A stretch of 64,000 nt of DNA from an uncultured Methanosarcinales archaeon (GTDB taxonomy: Archaea; Nanobdellota; Nanobdellia; Woesearchaeales; JABIAG01). This document shows positions 49,269-59,149 of this stretch, one piece after another. The notes under the pieces are model-generated. The model saw nothing but the letters and a program-made list of their open reading frames with translations, did not search any database and had not been told where the DNA came from. A program made the translations under genes and the position numbers. The stretch spans positions 3,013-67,012 of the forward strand of contig CAZJAJ010000002.1 of assembly GCA_964544335.1 (NCBI GenBank). Direction: 5' to 3'. Position 1 is the first letter of the stretch. The number at the start of each line of letters is the position of its first letter.

Positions 49269-49535
49269 ATGCAACAAAAACAATCACTAGAAGCATTTTC
49301 AAAAAAGCAACAACACATATACCACAAAAAAGCACTTCTAGAAGGCGTTATTGCAATTATACCCGGAGTAATCTTTATTGCAGTTGCACTTATGTCTGCA
49401 GGAGCACCTGCAGAATCATTCTCACCATCACGATTTCAAGTAGTAATGAAACTCTTTCCATTCATTCTTGTAGCATACTTTCTCTTCTTAGGATATGTCG
49501 TTTACGACATCAACGAAAAACTCACAAGAAAGTAA
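49269..49535 (+). CDS. Small membrane protein (2 TM), hypothetical
   Basis: Hydrophobic ORF; ATG at 49269. Confidence 0.55.
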   Translation: MQQKQSLEAFSKKQQHIYHKKALLEGVIAIIPGVIFIAVALMSAGAPAESFSPSRFQVVMKLFPFILVAYFLFLGYVVYDINEKLTRK

Positions 49536-49539
49536 CTAT

Positions 49540-49878
49540 TTATTGCACGCCAAGCAATACAACACTACATAAAATAAGCAACACACCAAGCATTCTCTGC
49601 CATCTTACTTCTTCTTTTAACTTATAATACGAAAGCAGAACTACCCACACATACGTCAGAGCAATAAATGGATACAATACACTAAGTTCTCCCCCAAATA
49701 ATGCAAGTACCATTAACAACACACCAAGACCATAAAGCCCAACACCAAGTAGAAACTTCCACTTAAATAACAACCCAATACTAATTCTCTCGGAAGACAC
49801 TTCTTTGAGATACACAGGACCAAGTGCGCTCACAAGAGAAGAAAGTACAACTAAAGCAAAGCTCCACCACGCAGTCAT
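49540..49878 (-). CDS. SMR/EamA (DMT superfamily) 4-TM protein, ArnE/ArnF-like
   Basis: ELSVLYP...LTYVWV..L....KE pattern. Confidence 0.8.
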   Translation of the reverse strand: MTAWWSFALVVLSSLVSALGPVYLKEVSSERISIGLLFKWKFLLGVGLYGLGVLLMVLALFGGELSVLYPFIALTYVWVVLLSYYKLKEEVRWQRMLGVLLILCSVVLLGVQ

Positions 49879-50177
49879 TGTTTACCTCCAAGTAAACTCA
49901 CCCCAACAACAATACCAAGAACACTAACGCCCTTCACAAGAGTCAACTGCTCACCAAGAACAAAAAAAGCAAGCAATAATACCCACACATACGTCAGTCC
50001 CAAACTAGGATACAGCGATGACAACTCATACTCTTTCATAGCAAGAAACAGCAGTACAGAGCCAACACCATAACACACAACGCCAAGAATATAATACCAC
50101 ACACTTCCATCAACACCAAGCTTAAAGAATACTTGAGCACATGCAACAAGAAGTGTAACAAGAAGGATTACCTTCAT
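49875..50177 (-). CDS. SMR/EamA (DMT superfamily) 4-TM protein, paralog of the neighbour
   Basis: AQVFFK, ELSSLYP...LTYVWV, GE; ATGA-coupled. Confidence 0.8.
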   Translation of the reverse strand: MKVILLVTLLVACAQVFFKLGVDGSVWYYILGVVCYGVGSVLLFLAMKEYELSSLYPSLGLTYVWVLLLAFFVLGEQLTLVKGVSVLGIVVGVSLLGGKQ

Positions 50178-51865
50178 TTTCTAAGAAGAATCTCAACCAC
50201 TGCAGCATATGCTGGTCGTGTTATGAACACCCCAATAGATACACCATAAATGGTAGTAAGTGCAAACCCTTTCAAGATTCCAGCACCTGCAAACCAGAGT
50301 GGAACCATAGCAACAAAGGTAGTAAAGAATGCAGCCATGATAATAAAGAACGCATCTTTAATCTTAAGCTTAGAATTCTTCTCTTCTTTAGAAAGCAACT
50401 CATCTGCAATAACGATTTGGTGGTCTACCGATGTACCCACTACAATAATAATACCTGCAATTGCTGCAAGATCAATATTCGTTCCAAAGAGTGCAGCAAC
50501 ACCAAGCAATAATACTACTTCACACAGTGAGGCAACTACTGCAGGAACAGCAACCTTCCATGTACGATATCGAATAAAAATGAGTGCTCCAACAGCAACC
50601 AGTGCAATAAGACCAGTCATGAGTGCATTACGAAGGAATTCTCTTCCAAGCACAGGACTTAAACTATCAATTTTAACCACATCAAGTTTTACCGGCAAAC
50701 TACCAGTTTCCAAAATAGCTTGTAATTGATGCATTTCCTCAAGTGCATTAAGCACCGCTTGTTCTCGTGAAACACCAACGCCAGCACCACTAATTTGAAT
50801 GGTGGTTTCAGCACGTCCACGAAGACTTGCACCAATTTGCAATGAGTTCATCAGTTGGCCATCAAGATATAAATCAAGAGGCTGTGAAAGGTAAGATCCA
50901 CCAGACTGTCCAGGAACAAGAGTAAGTTCTCTGGTAATATCTGCATGTGTTTGTGCAGCCTCAGGTGTTAATTGAATAGTAAAGAAGAACGTACATTGTG
51001 TTCCATCACTAAATGCTTGACATCCTTGATAAGGATCAATACCACTACAGTCAGCACTTCTACATACGTAGGTGATATCTTCTCCCCCACGGAAGACAAC
51101 ACTTTCATTAATTTTTGCTTCAAACTTGCCCTGACTTGCAATAATAGATTCAACTTCTTCTTTTTGCATACCAGCAATTTCTACAAGGATGAAGTCATTA
51201 CCGGACAAATCCCCGGATACTCGAATAACAACATCATTTAACCCAAACGCATTAAGCCGCTGTTCAAGACCATCTTTAACTCTATCAAGAGTTTCTTGAT
51301 CAACTTGCTCTTCAGGTTGTAGTAATACACGAACACCACCCTCAAGATCAAGGCCTCTTCTAATGTTTGATGTTGCAGCATCAGAAACACTAAGACCAAG
51401 ATCTTTTACACCAATAACAGTGCTAATGGTTTCGTTTACAGTAATAAGTGACGTAACATTTCGTGTTACGATAGTACCATTAATTTCTTCTTCAATGGTT
51501 TCAGTTACTTCCTCAGTAACCGTATCACCAGTTTGATTGATATGTACAAGTGGTTGTACAGTCATAAAGTAACTACTTTGATCAGTAACCATAGAAACCG
51601 TTTCATTTACTTCAAGATTTGCCGTTGCATCAAAATAGTCTGAAACAGTCTTTACACGAACACCATTAATAGATCGAATAACTTCATAATCAAGTGGTCG
51701 TGAATTCTTTGCAGGACTATTTACACCTGCATCAGCAGCAGAACTCTCAGGCGTAACGCCTCGAATAGCAACACCTTCTTGACTACTAGGATTAATAGAA
51801 ACAATCGCAAGTACAAGAAAGATAAGTAAAATCCACACACGTGCGTTCTTAAGAAGGCGCTTCAT
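50174..51865 (-). CDS. secD: Protein translocase subunit SecD with N-terminal PDZ-like insert
   Basis: GLDLEGG, GSLPV, SPVLG, IAGII..GTSVDHQIVI, GFALT. Confidence 0.9.
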   Translation of the reverse strand: MKRLLKNARVWILLIFLVLAIVSINPSSQEGVAIRGVTPESSAADAGVNSPAKNSRPLDYEVIRSINGVRVKTVSDYFDATANLEVNETVSMVTDQSSYFMTVQPLVHINQTGDTVTEEVTETIEEEINGTIVTRNVTSLITVNETISTVIGVKDLGLSVSDAATSNIRRGLDLEGGVRVLLQPEEQVDQETLDRVKDGLEQRLNAFGLNDVVIRVSGDLSGNDFILVEIAGMQKEEVESIIASQGKFEAKINESVVFRGGEDITYVCRSADCSGIDPYQGCQAFSDGTQCTFFFTIQLTPEAAQTHADITRELTLVPGQSGGSYLSQPLDLYLDGQLMNSLQIGASLRGRAETTIQISGAGVGVSREQAVLNALEEMHQLQAILETGSLPVKLDVVKIDSLSPVLGREFLRNALMTGLIALVAVGALIFIRYRTWKVAVPAVVASLCEVVLLLGVAALFGTNIDLAAIAGIIIVVGTSVDHQIVIADELLSKEEKNSKLKIKDAFFIIMAAFFTTFVAMVPLWFAGAGILKGFALTTIYGVSIGVFITRPAYAAVVEILLRK

Positions 51866-52737
51866 TGTGCATCCCTCCGTTCAAGATACCACTTGAGAAT
51901 ACCCACGTTTTGAATATAAGTCATAACAAGGTCCACAAATAAACCAATAACCAAAATAGTCATAATTTGTTTAATCACAGGACTTTGTGTAAAAATAAGC
52001 GCAATACTTACCGCAACAATAGTGGTGAAGGTCATCATAAGACCGGTTTTCATAGCTCGATACACACGATCATGTACAGTGCCTTCCTTGACCTTAAGCA
52101 CTTTCATAGTAAGTAAAATATCAGAGTCAACAGAATACCCAATCAGCATAAGGAATGCTGCAATCCCAGCACTGCTGAGTTTAATACCAATAGCATCTCC
52201 AATGGCAATAGTAATAATAATGTCAGATACAGCAGCAAGAATTACTGCAATACTTGGAACAAAGGTCTTAAAGTATAAGAACACTACAATTCCCATACAA
52301 ATAAATGCAATAATCATTGCAGTAACGGTTTCTTGAAAAAAGCTCTCTCCAAGACTAGAACCGATGGTTTCAACTGTAAGATCATTACTGCCTAGCTCAA
52401 ATGTAGAGCGAAGTTCATCTTCAATTGCATTAACCACATCAGCATCAGTGCTATCTACTTCAATAACAACACCAATGGCCTCACCAGCACCAGAAAGTGT
52501 TCGAAGTTGCATATCACCGCCATAAGAAAGTACACCTTCAACATCAGCCGCAGTAAGACCTGCCTTGCTAATACTAAAACTCGTACCACCCTCAAGGCTA
52601 ATACCTTTGTTTACAAAATCTCCCGTCTCTGCATAATTAGCACCCATGATAATCAGTGCAATAAGAAGCATACCAAACGGAATAATGAGAAGAAGTTTGT
52701 ACTTTTCTTCATAGATTTTACGTAAACTCATAGGCAC
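51862..52737 (-). CDS. secF: Protein translocase subunit SecF
   Basis: GISLEGG, IGSSLG, AAFLMLIGYSVDSDILL. Confidence 0.92.
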   Translation of the reverse strand: MPMSLRKIYEEKYKLLLIIPFGMLLIALIIMGANYAETGDFVNKGISLEGGTSFSISKAGLTAADVEGVLSYGGDMQLRTLSGAGEAIGVVIEVDSTDADVVNAIEDELRSTFELGSNDLTVETIGSSLGESFFQETVTAMIIAFICMGIVVFLYFKTFVPSIAVILAAVSDIIITIAIGDAIGIKLSSAGIAAFLMLIGYSVDSDILLTMKVLKVKEGTVHDRVYRAMKTGLMMTFTTIVAVSIALIFTQSPVIKQIMTILVIGLFVDLVMTYIQNVGILKWYLERRDAQ

Positions 52738-52791
52738 AAGAACAGTGGATCGTTAATAAATGTTATGCCGAAGAGTGATATAAAAATAATC

Positions 52792-53643
52792 TCAAATAAG
52801 TCCTGAAAGATTGATAATATTACGATACAGCCCATTATTTGCAAGCACATATTGCTCAACAAACATGCCAACTGCAAGTACCCCCACAGCAGCAACCAAT
52901 ATTATCATACTACGAAGAATGAGTTTCTGAAATCGCGTGGCTTTAGAAGACAAAATAAAATCAGACGTAATCCCACCAGATATTGCTGCCAAGATATACG
53001 AAGCTGCCTCAATAAGTGTATGTGGCAGTACAATCAGTAAAATAATACCAAACAACACAGCAGGATTAAGTGAACCAGTAACTGCAGCAGTACTTGCAAG
53101 ATTACCAAAAATAGTTCCCCAAACTGACGCATTCCACACTAAAAGAAAGATAGCACCATCGCCTAGAAGCAGAGCAGTAACAAATGCAAGCAATAATACC
53201 TGTAAATTATGACTAAACAAATTCAAGAATAAATCAGGACTAAATACCGCTGCCTTACCAACACTTCCATATAGTACACTAATCTGACTTTCAAATAATG
53301 CATTCGTTGCAAGACTTGGCAAAAATAAACTAAAGAAACTATACCCTAAAAGAACACCAAGGAAAATAAACAAGTAGAGTGAAAGTACACGTCTGTGCAT
53401 CCCAAACAAGAAGAAATCCTCCGCTCGCGTTTCTCTTTCCAGATTACCCTTTTCCTGATCAATCAGTGCCTTGATAGTGGGATACAATAATAGTGATGTA
53501 AATGCCACCGTAACAATCGCAGGGTCTTGCTTGAAAAACAATGCCGTAAGACCAATGCCCACAATAGAAAACAAGAACCCAAGCAGTATTCCCATAGCAG
53601 GCCTATTGAGCACATAGTCATGTGGATAAATTCTTGCAAGCAT
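52792..53643 (-). CDS. Stage II sporulation protein M (DUF95) family membrane protein
   Basis: HNL, WNASVWG, LPH..IE, E motif near the C-terminus; multi-TM. Confidence 0.75.
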   Translation of the reverse strand: MLARIYPHDYVLNRPAMGILLGFLFSIVGIGLTALFFKQDPAIVTVAFTSLLLYPTIKALIDQEKGNLERETRAEDFFLFGMHRRVLSLYLFIFLGVLLGYSFFSLFLPSLATNALFESQISVLYGSVGKAAVFSPDLFLNLFSHNLQVLLLAFVTALLLGDGAIFLLVWNASVWGTIFGNLASTAAVTGSLNPAVLFGIILLIVLPHTLIEAASYILAAISGGITSDFILSSKATRFQKLILRSMIILVAAVGVLAVGMFVEQYVLANNGLYRNIINLSGLI

Positions 53644-53693
53644 ACCATTTTATTGCCCCATAGGTTTATATACTTTGCGTCGATCCCTAGTGA

Positions 53694-54827
53694 ATGTTTG
53701 AACTTGTAAAAACCGACGGTAAAGCCCGCAGTGGAATCATTCACACAAAATCTGGGCCTATTGAAACACCCTTCTTCATGCCTGTTGCAACAAAGATGCA
53801 AGTAAAGTGTTTACCATCAACCTATCTTAAAGAAATGCAAAACACTGCAGTAATCTCAAACGCGTTCATTCTCTATCTCAAACCCGGTGATGAATTTGTA
53901 AAAAGCATGGGTGGAATCAAGAAATACATGAACTACCATGGAATTAATGTAACCGACTCAGGCGGATTTCAAATGTATCGAGAAGCATTCTTGAAAAAAA
54001 CAACTGATGAAGGTGTACTCTTCCAAAGCCCATTTGATGGAAGAAAACATTTCGTAACCCCCGAAAAAGATATGCTCATTCAACTTAATCTTGATTCAGA
54101 TATTGCAATGGCACTTGATGTCATGCCAAACTTTCATGGCGTAGAAAGACCTGAAATAGAAGAAGCAGTGCGAAAAACAACCATCTGGGCAAAAGCATGC
54201 AAACAAGAACACGACAGACTCCAAGCACATCTACCAAAAGAAAAAAGGCAACTCCTCTTTGGCATAACGCAAGGCGGTATTCATCCAGACCTAAGAGAAA
54301 AAAGCGTAACTGAACTAGCAAAGCTAGATTTTGATGGCTACTCTGTTGGTGGACTAGGCATGGGAGAGCCACCAGAAGAGCAAGCAAAAATGGTAGAAAT
54401 TCAACGATCAGTCATTCCTGAAAACAAACCACTTTATCTCATGGGTATTGGAAACCCAAGAGAACTGCTTGATGCAATAGCACAAGGAGCAGACATGTTT
54501 GATTCACGATTTCCAACACAAAACGCGCGAAGAGGAACACTTTTTACCTCAAAAGGAAAACTCAGATTAATGAGAAAAGAACATGAAGATGACAACAAAC
54601 CAATCGATGAAAACTGCTCCTGCCCAACATGTAAAAATTACACACGATCATATGTGCGCTTCCTTTTATCACAAAAAGAAGCAACTGGATACACGCTCGC
54701 ATCAGTGCATCAACTGCACTATCTCACGCACTTAATGAAACAAGCACGAGAAGCAATCAAAGCAGGAACATTTCAGCAACTACGACAACAAGTAATTACT
54801 GCATATGAACATGCAGATCAACAATAG
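53694..54827 (+). CDS. tgt: tRNA-guanine transglycosylase, bacterial/queuine type
   Basis: ETPFFMPV, TDSGGFQ, GITQGG, YLMGIG, DMFDS, CxCxxC...H zinc site; no PUA extension. Confidence 0.92.
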   Translation: MFELVKTDGKARSGIIHTKSGPIETPFFMPVATKMQVKCLPSTYLKEMQNTAVISNAFILYLKPGDEFVKSMGGIKKYMNYHGINVTDSGGFQMYREAFLKKTTDEGVLFQSPFDGRKHFVTPEKDMLIQLNLDSDIAMALDVMPNFHGVERPEIEEAVRKTTIWAKACKQEHDRLQAHLPKEKRQLLFGITQGGIHPDLREKSVTELAKLDFDGYSVGGLGMGEPPEEQAKMVEIQRSVIPENKPLYLMGIGNPRELLDAIAQGADMFDSRFPTQNARRGTLFTSKGKLRLMRKEHEDDNKPIDENCSCPTCKNYTRSYVRFLLSQKEATGYTLASVHQLHYLTHLMKQAREAIKAGTFQQLRQQVITAYEHADQQ

Positions 54828-54858
54828 ATTTATATACTTCTTCCTCTATTTCTAAAAA

Positions 54859-56217
54859 ATGGAATTACAGTTTTTTGGTGCCGCAGGCTTTGTTACCGGA
54901 AGTTGTCACATGCTTCGTGTTGCAGGTAAAACTATTCTCGTAGATTGTGGTATGTTTCAAGGAAAAGAATCCAAAAAAAACTATGACGAATTTAGATTCA
55001 ATCCAAAAGACATTGACGCAGTACTCTTAACACACGCACACCTAGATCATTGTGGTCTGCTTCCAAAACTCGTAAAAGAAGGATTTAGAGGACCAATTTA
55101 TGCAACAGCTGCAACATGCGATCTCTCAAAAGTCGTCATGGAAGATTCAGGACATATTCATGAATTTGAAAATAAGTGGGATAACAGAAGACTCAAACGT
55201 GAGGGAAAACCACTTCGAAAACCACTCTACACAGCAAAAGATGCAACAAAAACATTCAAATTCCTAACACCTATTCACTACAATCAAACCATCAAAGTAT
55301 TTCCTGGAATCACTGCCGTTTACAGAGACGCAGGTCACATTCTGGGAAGCGCTGCAGTAGAAGTATTTGCAGATGGTAAAAAAATTGTCTTCTCAGGAGA
55401 CATTGGACAATGGAATGCACCCATCATCGACGATCCTAAATTAATTAGAGAAGCAGATTATGTCGTTGTAGAATCAACCTATGGTGATAGAGTACACGAA
55501 AACAAATCTGAAAAAACAAAACTCCTTGCACAACACATTCGAAGAATCTACAAAGAAGGTGGAAAACTCTTAATTCCATCATTTGCAATTGAGCGAACAC
55601 AAGAATTAATCTATCACTTAAACGAACTTGTAGAAGCAGGTAAAATACCACACATCCCTGTATTTGTTGACTCGCCTATGGCAAATAGAGCAACACAAGT
55701 CTTCATGAAACACACAGAAAACTATGATGAAGAAGCACGAAACATGCTTGCTCATGGGGACGAACCATTCAAGTTTCACAATCTTACCTATATCAAATCA
55801 TCAAATGAATCAAAAGCACTCAATGGTTTTCCAGGACCATGCGTGATTATCGCATCATCAGGAATGTGTACGGGTGGAAGAATAAAACACCATCTCAAAC
55901 ATCATTTACCACATCCAGACACCACAGTGCTCTTTATTGGCTATCAAGCATACGGAACTCTTGGACGAAAAATAAAAGATGGTGCAAAACGTGTACGTAT
56001 CTATGGAGATAATATTCCTGTAAGAGGATCAATTTTCTCAGTTGGTGGATTCTCAGGTCACGCAGATCAACCACAACTACTCAAATGGCTCAACGGCTTT
56101 GTACAAAAACCACAGAACATCTTCATCGTCCATGGAGAACCACAAGGCGCACAAGGCCTTAAGAAAGCATACGGCAAAGGCCACATTGCAAAACTGTATG
56201 AGACAGTGCGGTTGTAG
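54859..56217 (+). CDS. MBL-fold beta-CASP ribonuclease (no KH domains)
   Basis: GAA..VTGS, THAHLDH, AGHILGS, SGD, ESTYG, FSGHAD, VHGE. Confidence 0.92.
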   Translation: MELQFFGAAGFVTGSCHMLRVAGKTILVDCGMFQGKESKKNYDEFRFNPKDIDAVLLTHAHLDHCGLLPKLVKEGFRGPIYATAATCDLSKVVMEDSGHIHEFENKWDNRRLKREGKPLRKPLYTAKDATKTFKFLTPIHYNQTIKVFPGITAVYRDAGHILGSAAVEVFADGKKIVFSGDIGQWNAPIIDDPKLIREADYVVVESTYGDRVHENKSEKTKLLAQHIRRIYKEGGKLLIPSFAIERTQELIYHLNELVEAGKIPHIPVFVDSPMANRATQVFMKHTENYDEEARNMLAHGDEPFKFHNLTYIKSSNESKALNGFPGPCVIIASSGMCTGGRIKHHLKHHLPHPDTTVLFIGYQAYGTLGRKIKDGAKRVRIYGDNIPVRGSIFSVGGFSGHADQPQLLKWLNGFVQKPQNIFIVHGEPQGAQGLKKAYGKGHIAKLYETVRL

Positions 56218-56219
56218 TT

Positions 56220-57407
56220 CTAAAACAAACTCTTAACCCAAAAGCCAAGTCCAAACAGCAATAAGAATCCAAAGAATGCTGAACTTCTAAGAAGCCACTT
56301 CATTGCCTTTTCTTTATTCCCATTAAACACAGAAAGTAAATACGTTCGAAGCATTTGACCACCATCAAATGGACCAATAGGTAAACAATTAGCAAGGCCA
56401 ATTGCAAGACTAAACTTACCAATGATGACAAGAAGACCTGCAAGCCATCCAAAGATATCAAAGAACCCTTGATTCACGCCATCTTTCTTCACCATATTGG
56501 TTCCAATATTAGTAATGCCAAGAAATGCACGTCCACCCTCAGGTGATTCTGCTGCAACAATACTATACTCATTAATGCCATCTCCAAGAACCACTTCATC
56601 GCCTGGTTCTAACATAGAGAGTTCATTTAGTAATGACTGCGCATCAACAACAGCAACATCATTCACTTCTCGAATAACCATCCCATCAGGAAGTGCCCAT
56701 GCAGGATACTCCTCACCAAGTTTGGTAAATGCAACACCGTCCGCTTCAGTAATATTTCCAGTAACAGGAAGCAATACCACAAGCCACAGTAAAAAGATTA
56801 CAATGGCCGTTAAGAAGTTTGAAAATACACCTGCTGCAAAAATACTATGTTTTACATGATCCGGCTGCTTTGCAAGCATCTTCTCATCTGGTTCAACAAA
56901 TGCAACAGGAACAATAGGAACTAAAATAGCAAAGAATCCAAGACCTGAACTCTTAATTTTCACCCCGTGTGCTTTTGCAACAACACCATGTGAAAATTCG
57001 TGAATAAGCACAATCACAAAGATCGCAATAATCCAATACCAAAAGGAAATGTATCCAAGACCAGGAACAGTCATATTAGGCAAGATTGGTTGAACAGATG
57101 CAGGACTTGAAGGAACAAGAAGGTTCACCACAATACCCCAAATAAGTGCAATGCACATTAAGATCATACCAAATACGCCAGTAAAGATACCACACCAACC
57201 AAGTAGCTGCACCGTAGCACGATACTTTGTGCCGATGTGCTTCATAAAACGAATACCAAAACCAGTTCGAAACAAACCAGCGTACAGAATAGGAAAGAGC
57301 ATCTTTTGAAGCTCCATTTTATTTCTGTGTTTAAGGACTAGTGCAATAAGCACACCAACAAACACATACAGTGAAATCCACTGAAAGTTCAAAAATTCAC
57401 TCATCAT
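56220..57407 (-). CDS. Site-2 protease (M50) with PDZ-like domain
   Basis: HEFSH, AFVEPDE, NCLPIGPFDGG. Confidence 0.9.
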   Translation of the reverse strand: MMSEFLNFQWISLYVFVGVLIALVLKHRNKMELQKMLFPILYAGLFRTGFGIRFMKHIGTKYRATVQLLGWCGIFTGVFGMILMCIALIWGIVVNLLVPSSPASVQPILPNMTVPGLGYISFWYWIIAIFVIVLIHEFSHGVVAKAHGVKIKSSGLGFFAILVPIVPVAFVEPDEKMLAKQPDHVKHSIFAAGVFSNFLTAIVIFLLWLVVLLPVTGNITEADGVAFTKLGEEYPAWALPDGMVIREVNDVAVVDAQSLLNELSMLEPGDEVVLGDGINEYSIVAAESPEGGRAFLGITNIGTNMVKKDGVNQGFFDIFGWLAGLLVIIGKFSLAIGLANCLPIGPFDGGQMLRTYLLSVFNGNKEKAMKWLLRSSAFFGFLLLFGLGFWVKSLF

Positions 57408-57469
57408 TCAATTCTAGAAAATAGCTTAATAAATGTTTGGTTTAGAAAATAAGGTGAAAAAGAAAAAAT

Positions 57470-57631
57470 CTACTTCTTTCTAGGAGTTCGCATGCTCTTT
57501 TGACCACATGATCGGCACTTAATCTTTTTTGCAATGATCTTTAGAGGATCAGCACGAATAGTACTCTTGCAGTTTTTACATACAAACTTGTTTTTGGTAA
57601 ATCTTGTAATTGCTTCTTGAATCTTTGCCAT
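57470..57631 (-). CDS. rpl40e: 50S ribosomal protein L40e (53 aa)
   Basis: Manual translation MAKIQEAITRFTKNKFVCKNCKSTIRADPLKIIAKKIKCRSCGQKSMRTPRKK; two CxxC; below the ORF-track cutoff. Confidence 0.85.
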   Translation of the reverse strand: MAKIQEAITRFTKNKFVCKNCKSTIRADPLKIIAKKIKCRSCGQKSMRTPRKK

Positions 57632-57633
57632 AG

Positions 57634-58032
57634 TTAATCACTCTTTACTTGTTTAATTACTCTGTCGTTTAAAATTTCCCAGTAAATAACAGTTACACCA
57701 TCAACAATTTCATCTTTTAATTCTTCAGGAATATCAAGATCAAAGGTTTCAAATGTTTCACTATCCATTACATTTACTTTATTGTCGTGAATACTGAGTA
57801 CTTGAGCGTTCTTTTTCTCAACAATAGGAACATCAACGTGATCGTGACCAGGAGCTACCATAACTCGTTTCTTTTCATCAAGTAACCCAACGCCAGTAAG
57901 ACGAACTTTTGCGTGCCCGTGTTTTCCAGGTCGTGATACTTGCGTGTCAACAACCTTACATGCTACGCCATCGATTACTATATAATTACCTTTGTTAAGA
58001 GTTCCAATTGAAACTGGTTTTGTGTCTGCCAT
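57634..58032 (-). CDS. eif5a: Translation factor aIF5A
   Basis: PGKHGHAK hypusination motif, VMDSETFETF. Confidence 0.96.
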   Translation of the reverse strand: MADTKPVSIGTLNKGNYIVIDGVACKVVDTQVSRPGKHGHAKVRLTGVGLLDEKKRVMVAPGHDHVDVPIVEKKNAQVLSIHDNKVNVMDSETFETFDLDIPEELKDEIVDGVTVIYWEILNDRVIKQVKSD

Positions 58033-58075
58033 GATACAACGAGGCTAAGAATTATTTATAAAGGTTTCCCTGTAT

Positions 58076-58753
58076 TTACCACCAGGAAAAGCGCTTTCTA
58101 CGCGGTTTTGCCGTCGTAGACCGCCGTGCACTACGCACAATGTGTTCAATTTTTTTCTCCATAAGTGGTTGATTGGCAAACTGTTTCTCAAGTGCTCTAA
58201 ACCGACTCGTGTGATGATGTGAGCGTCCATTCTTATGTTCAAACTTTTCTTGCTTGTGTAAAAGCTCATGATACAAAATATAATCAAGCACATCAAGGTG
58301 CTCAGTAAACAACGTACTTATCGTAACCGAATCATCATGATAATTATACAATCCAAGCTGTCTATAGGATGCAGTCCCCCACTTCAAATTGGGTTTTTCC
58401 ATCTGTCCATCAAAGTACGCAGCATTCACGCGATCAAAACTCTCGTCTAAAATGGGATCAGAGTGCACTTTAGGTGTATACTTAGCAAGATTCTTAATAA
58501 AATTCGTATACAGCTCAATCTGCAGTGTTGTCTGTTTCTTCCCACCAAACATCTTAAGGAGCAAATGCTGAATAAGCCCCTTCTTAATCTCCTCCCCAAT
58601 ATCTTCCCAATCTTTACTTAATCGAAACTCAAGCACCTCTCCTTTCAAGCGAACATTTGCATTATACGCAGAAAACTGACCAGAATACTTGATTATCGGT
58701 TCATACTTCCACTCCCTTCTTGGATAGAGCTGCTTAAACGATTCTTCAATCAT
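58076..58753 (-). CDS. SprT/YgjP-like zinc metallopeptidase domain protein
   Basis: FDRVN..YF, LG.Y, YHELLH, H...F. Confidence 0.75.
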   Translation of the reverse strand: MIEESFKQLYPRREWKYEPIIKYSGQFSAYNANVRLKGEVLEFRLSKDWEDIGEEIKKGLIQHLLLKMFGGKKQTTLQIELYTNFIKNLAKYTPKVHSDPILDESFDRVNAAYFDGQMEKPNLKWGTASYRQLGLYNYHDDSVTISTLFTEHLDVLDYILYHELLHKQEKFEHKNGRSHHHTSRFRALEKQFANQPLMEKKIEHIVRSARRSTTAKPRRKRFSWW

Positions 58754-58813
58754 AAGAACACAATACGTGATGTATTTTTAACGTTTTCACAAGTAAGAAA
58801 AGATAAAGAAATT

Positions 58814-59071
58814 CTAAGCAATAGTAACTGTTTGACCAAGACTTTGTCCAGGCATACCAGTTTCAAAAATAGCTCGTACGCATCCGCTGTTACCGTGAGC
58901 AGAAGCAATCTTCCCAACAAGTTCTTTACCTGCAGGACTCTTCCAAGTCACTTTTTTACCAACAAGCTTTTCAGCGTCTTCTCGAGTAGCAACACCTTCA
59001 ACCTTGATAATCATGTGATTATGGTACTGTGTGTGTACACTTCCTCTAAAATTAGTAATTTGACCGTTCAT
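58814..59071 (-). CDS. rpl35ae: 50S ribosomal protein L35Ae
   Basis: GKI..AHGNSG.VRA.F...MPGQSLG. Confidence 0.95.
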   Translation of the reverse strand: MNGQITNFRGSVHTQYHNHMIIKVEGVATREDAEKLVGKKVTWKSPAGKELVGKIASAHGNSGCVRAIFETGMPGQSLGQTVTIA

Positions 59072-59149
59072 GTATCACAGAATCGCAAGTCCATTTAAAA
59101 AGCTTTTGCCACTAGCTTTATATGTGAGATCTGCACCAATCATGTATAC

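Noticed and set aside
54859-56217. beta-CASP nuclease as the aCPSF1/FttA termination factor for the leuA leader
   Set aside because: Lacks N-terminal KH domains, and there is no evidence of linkage
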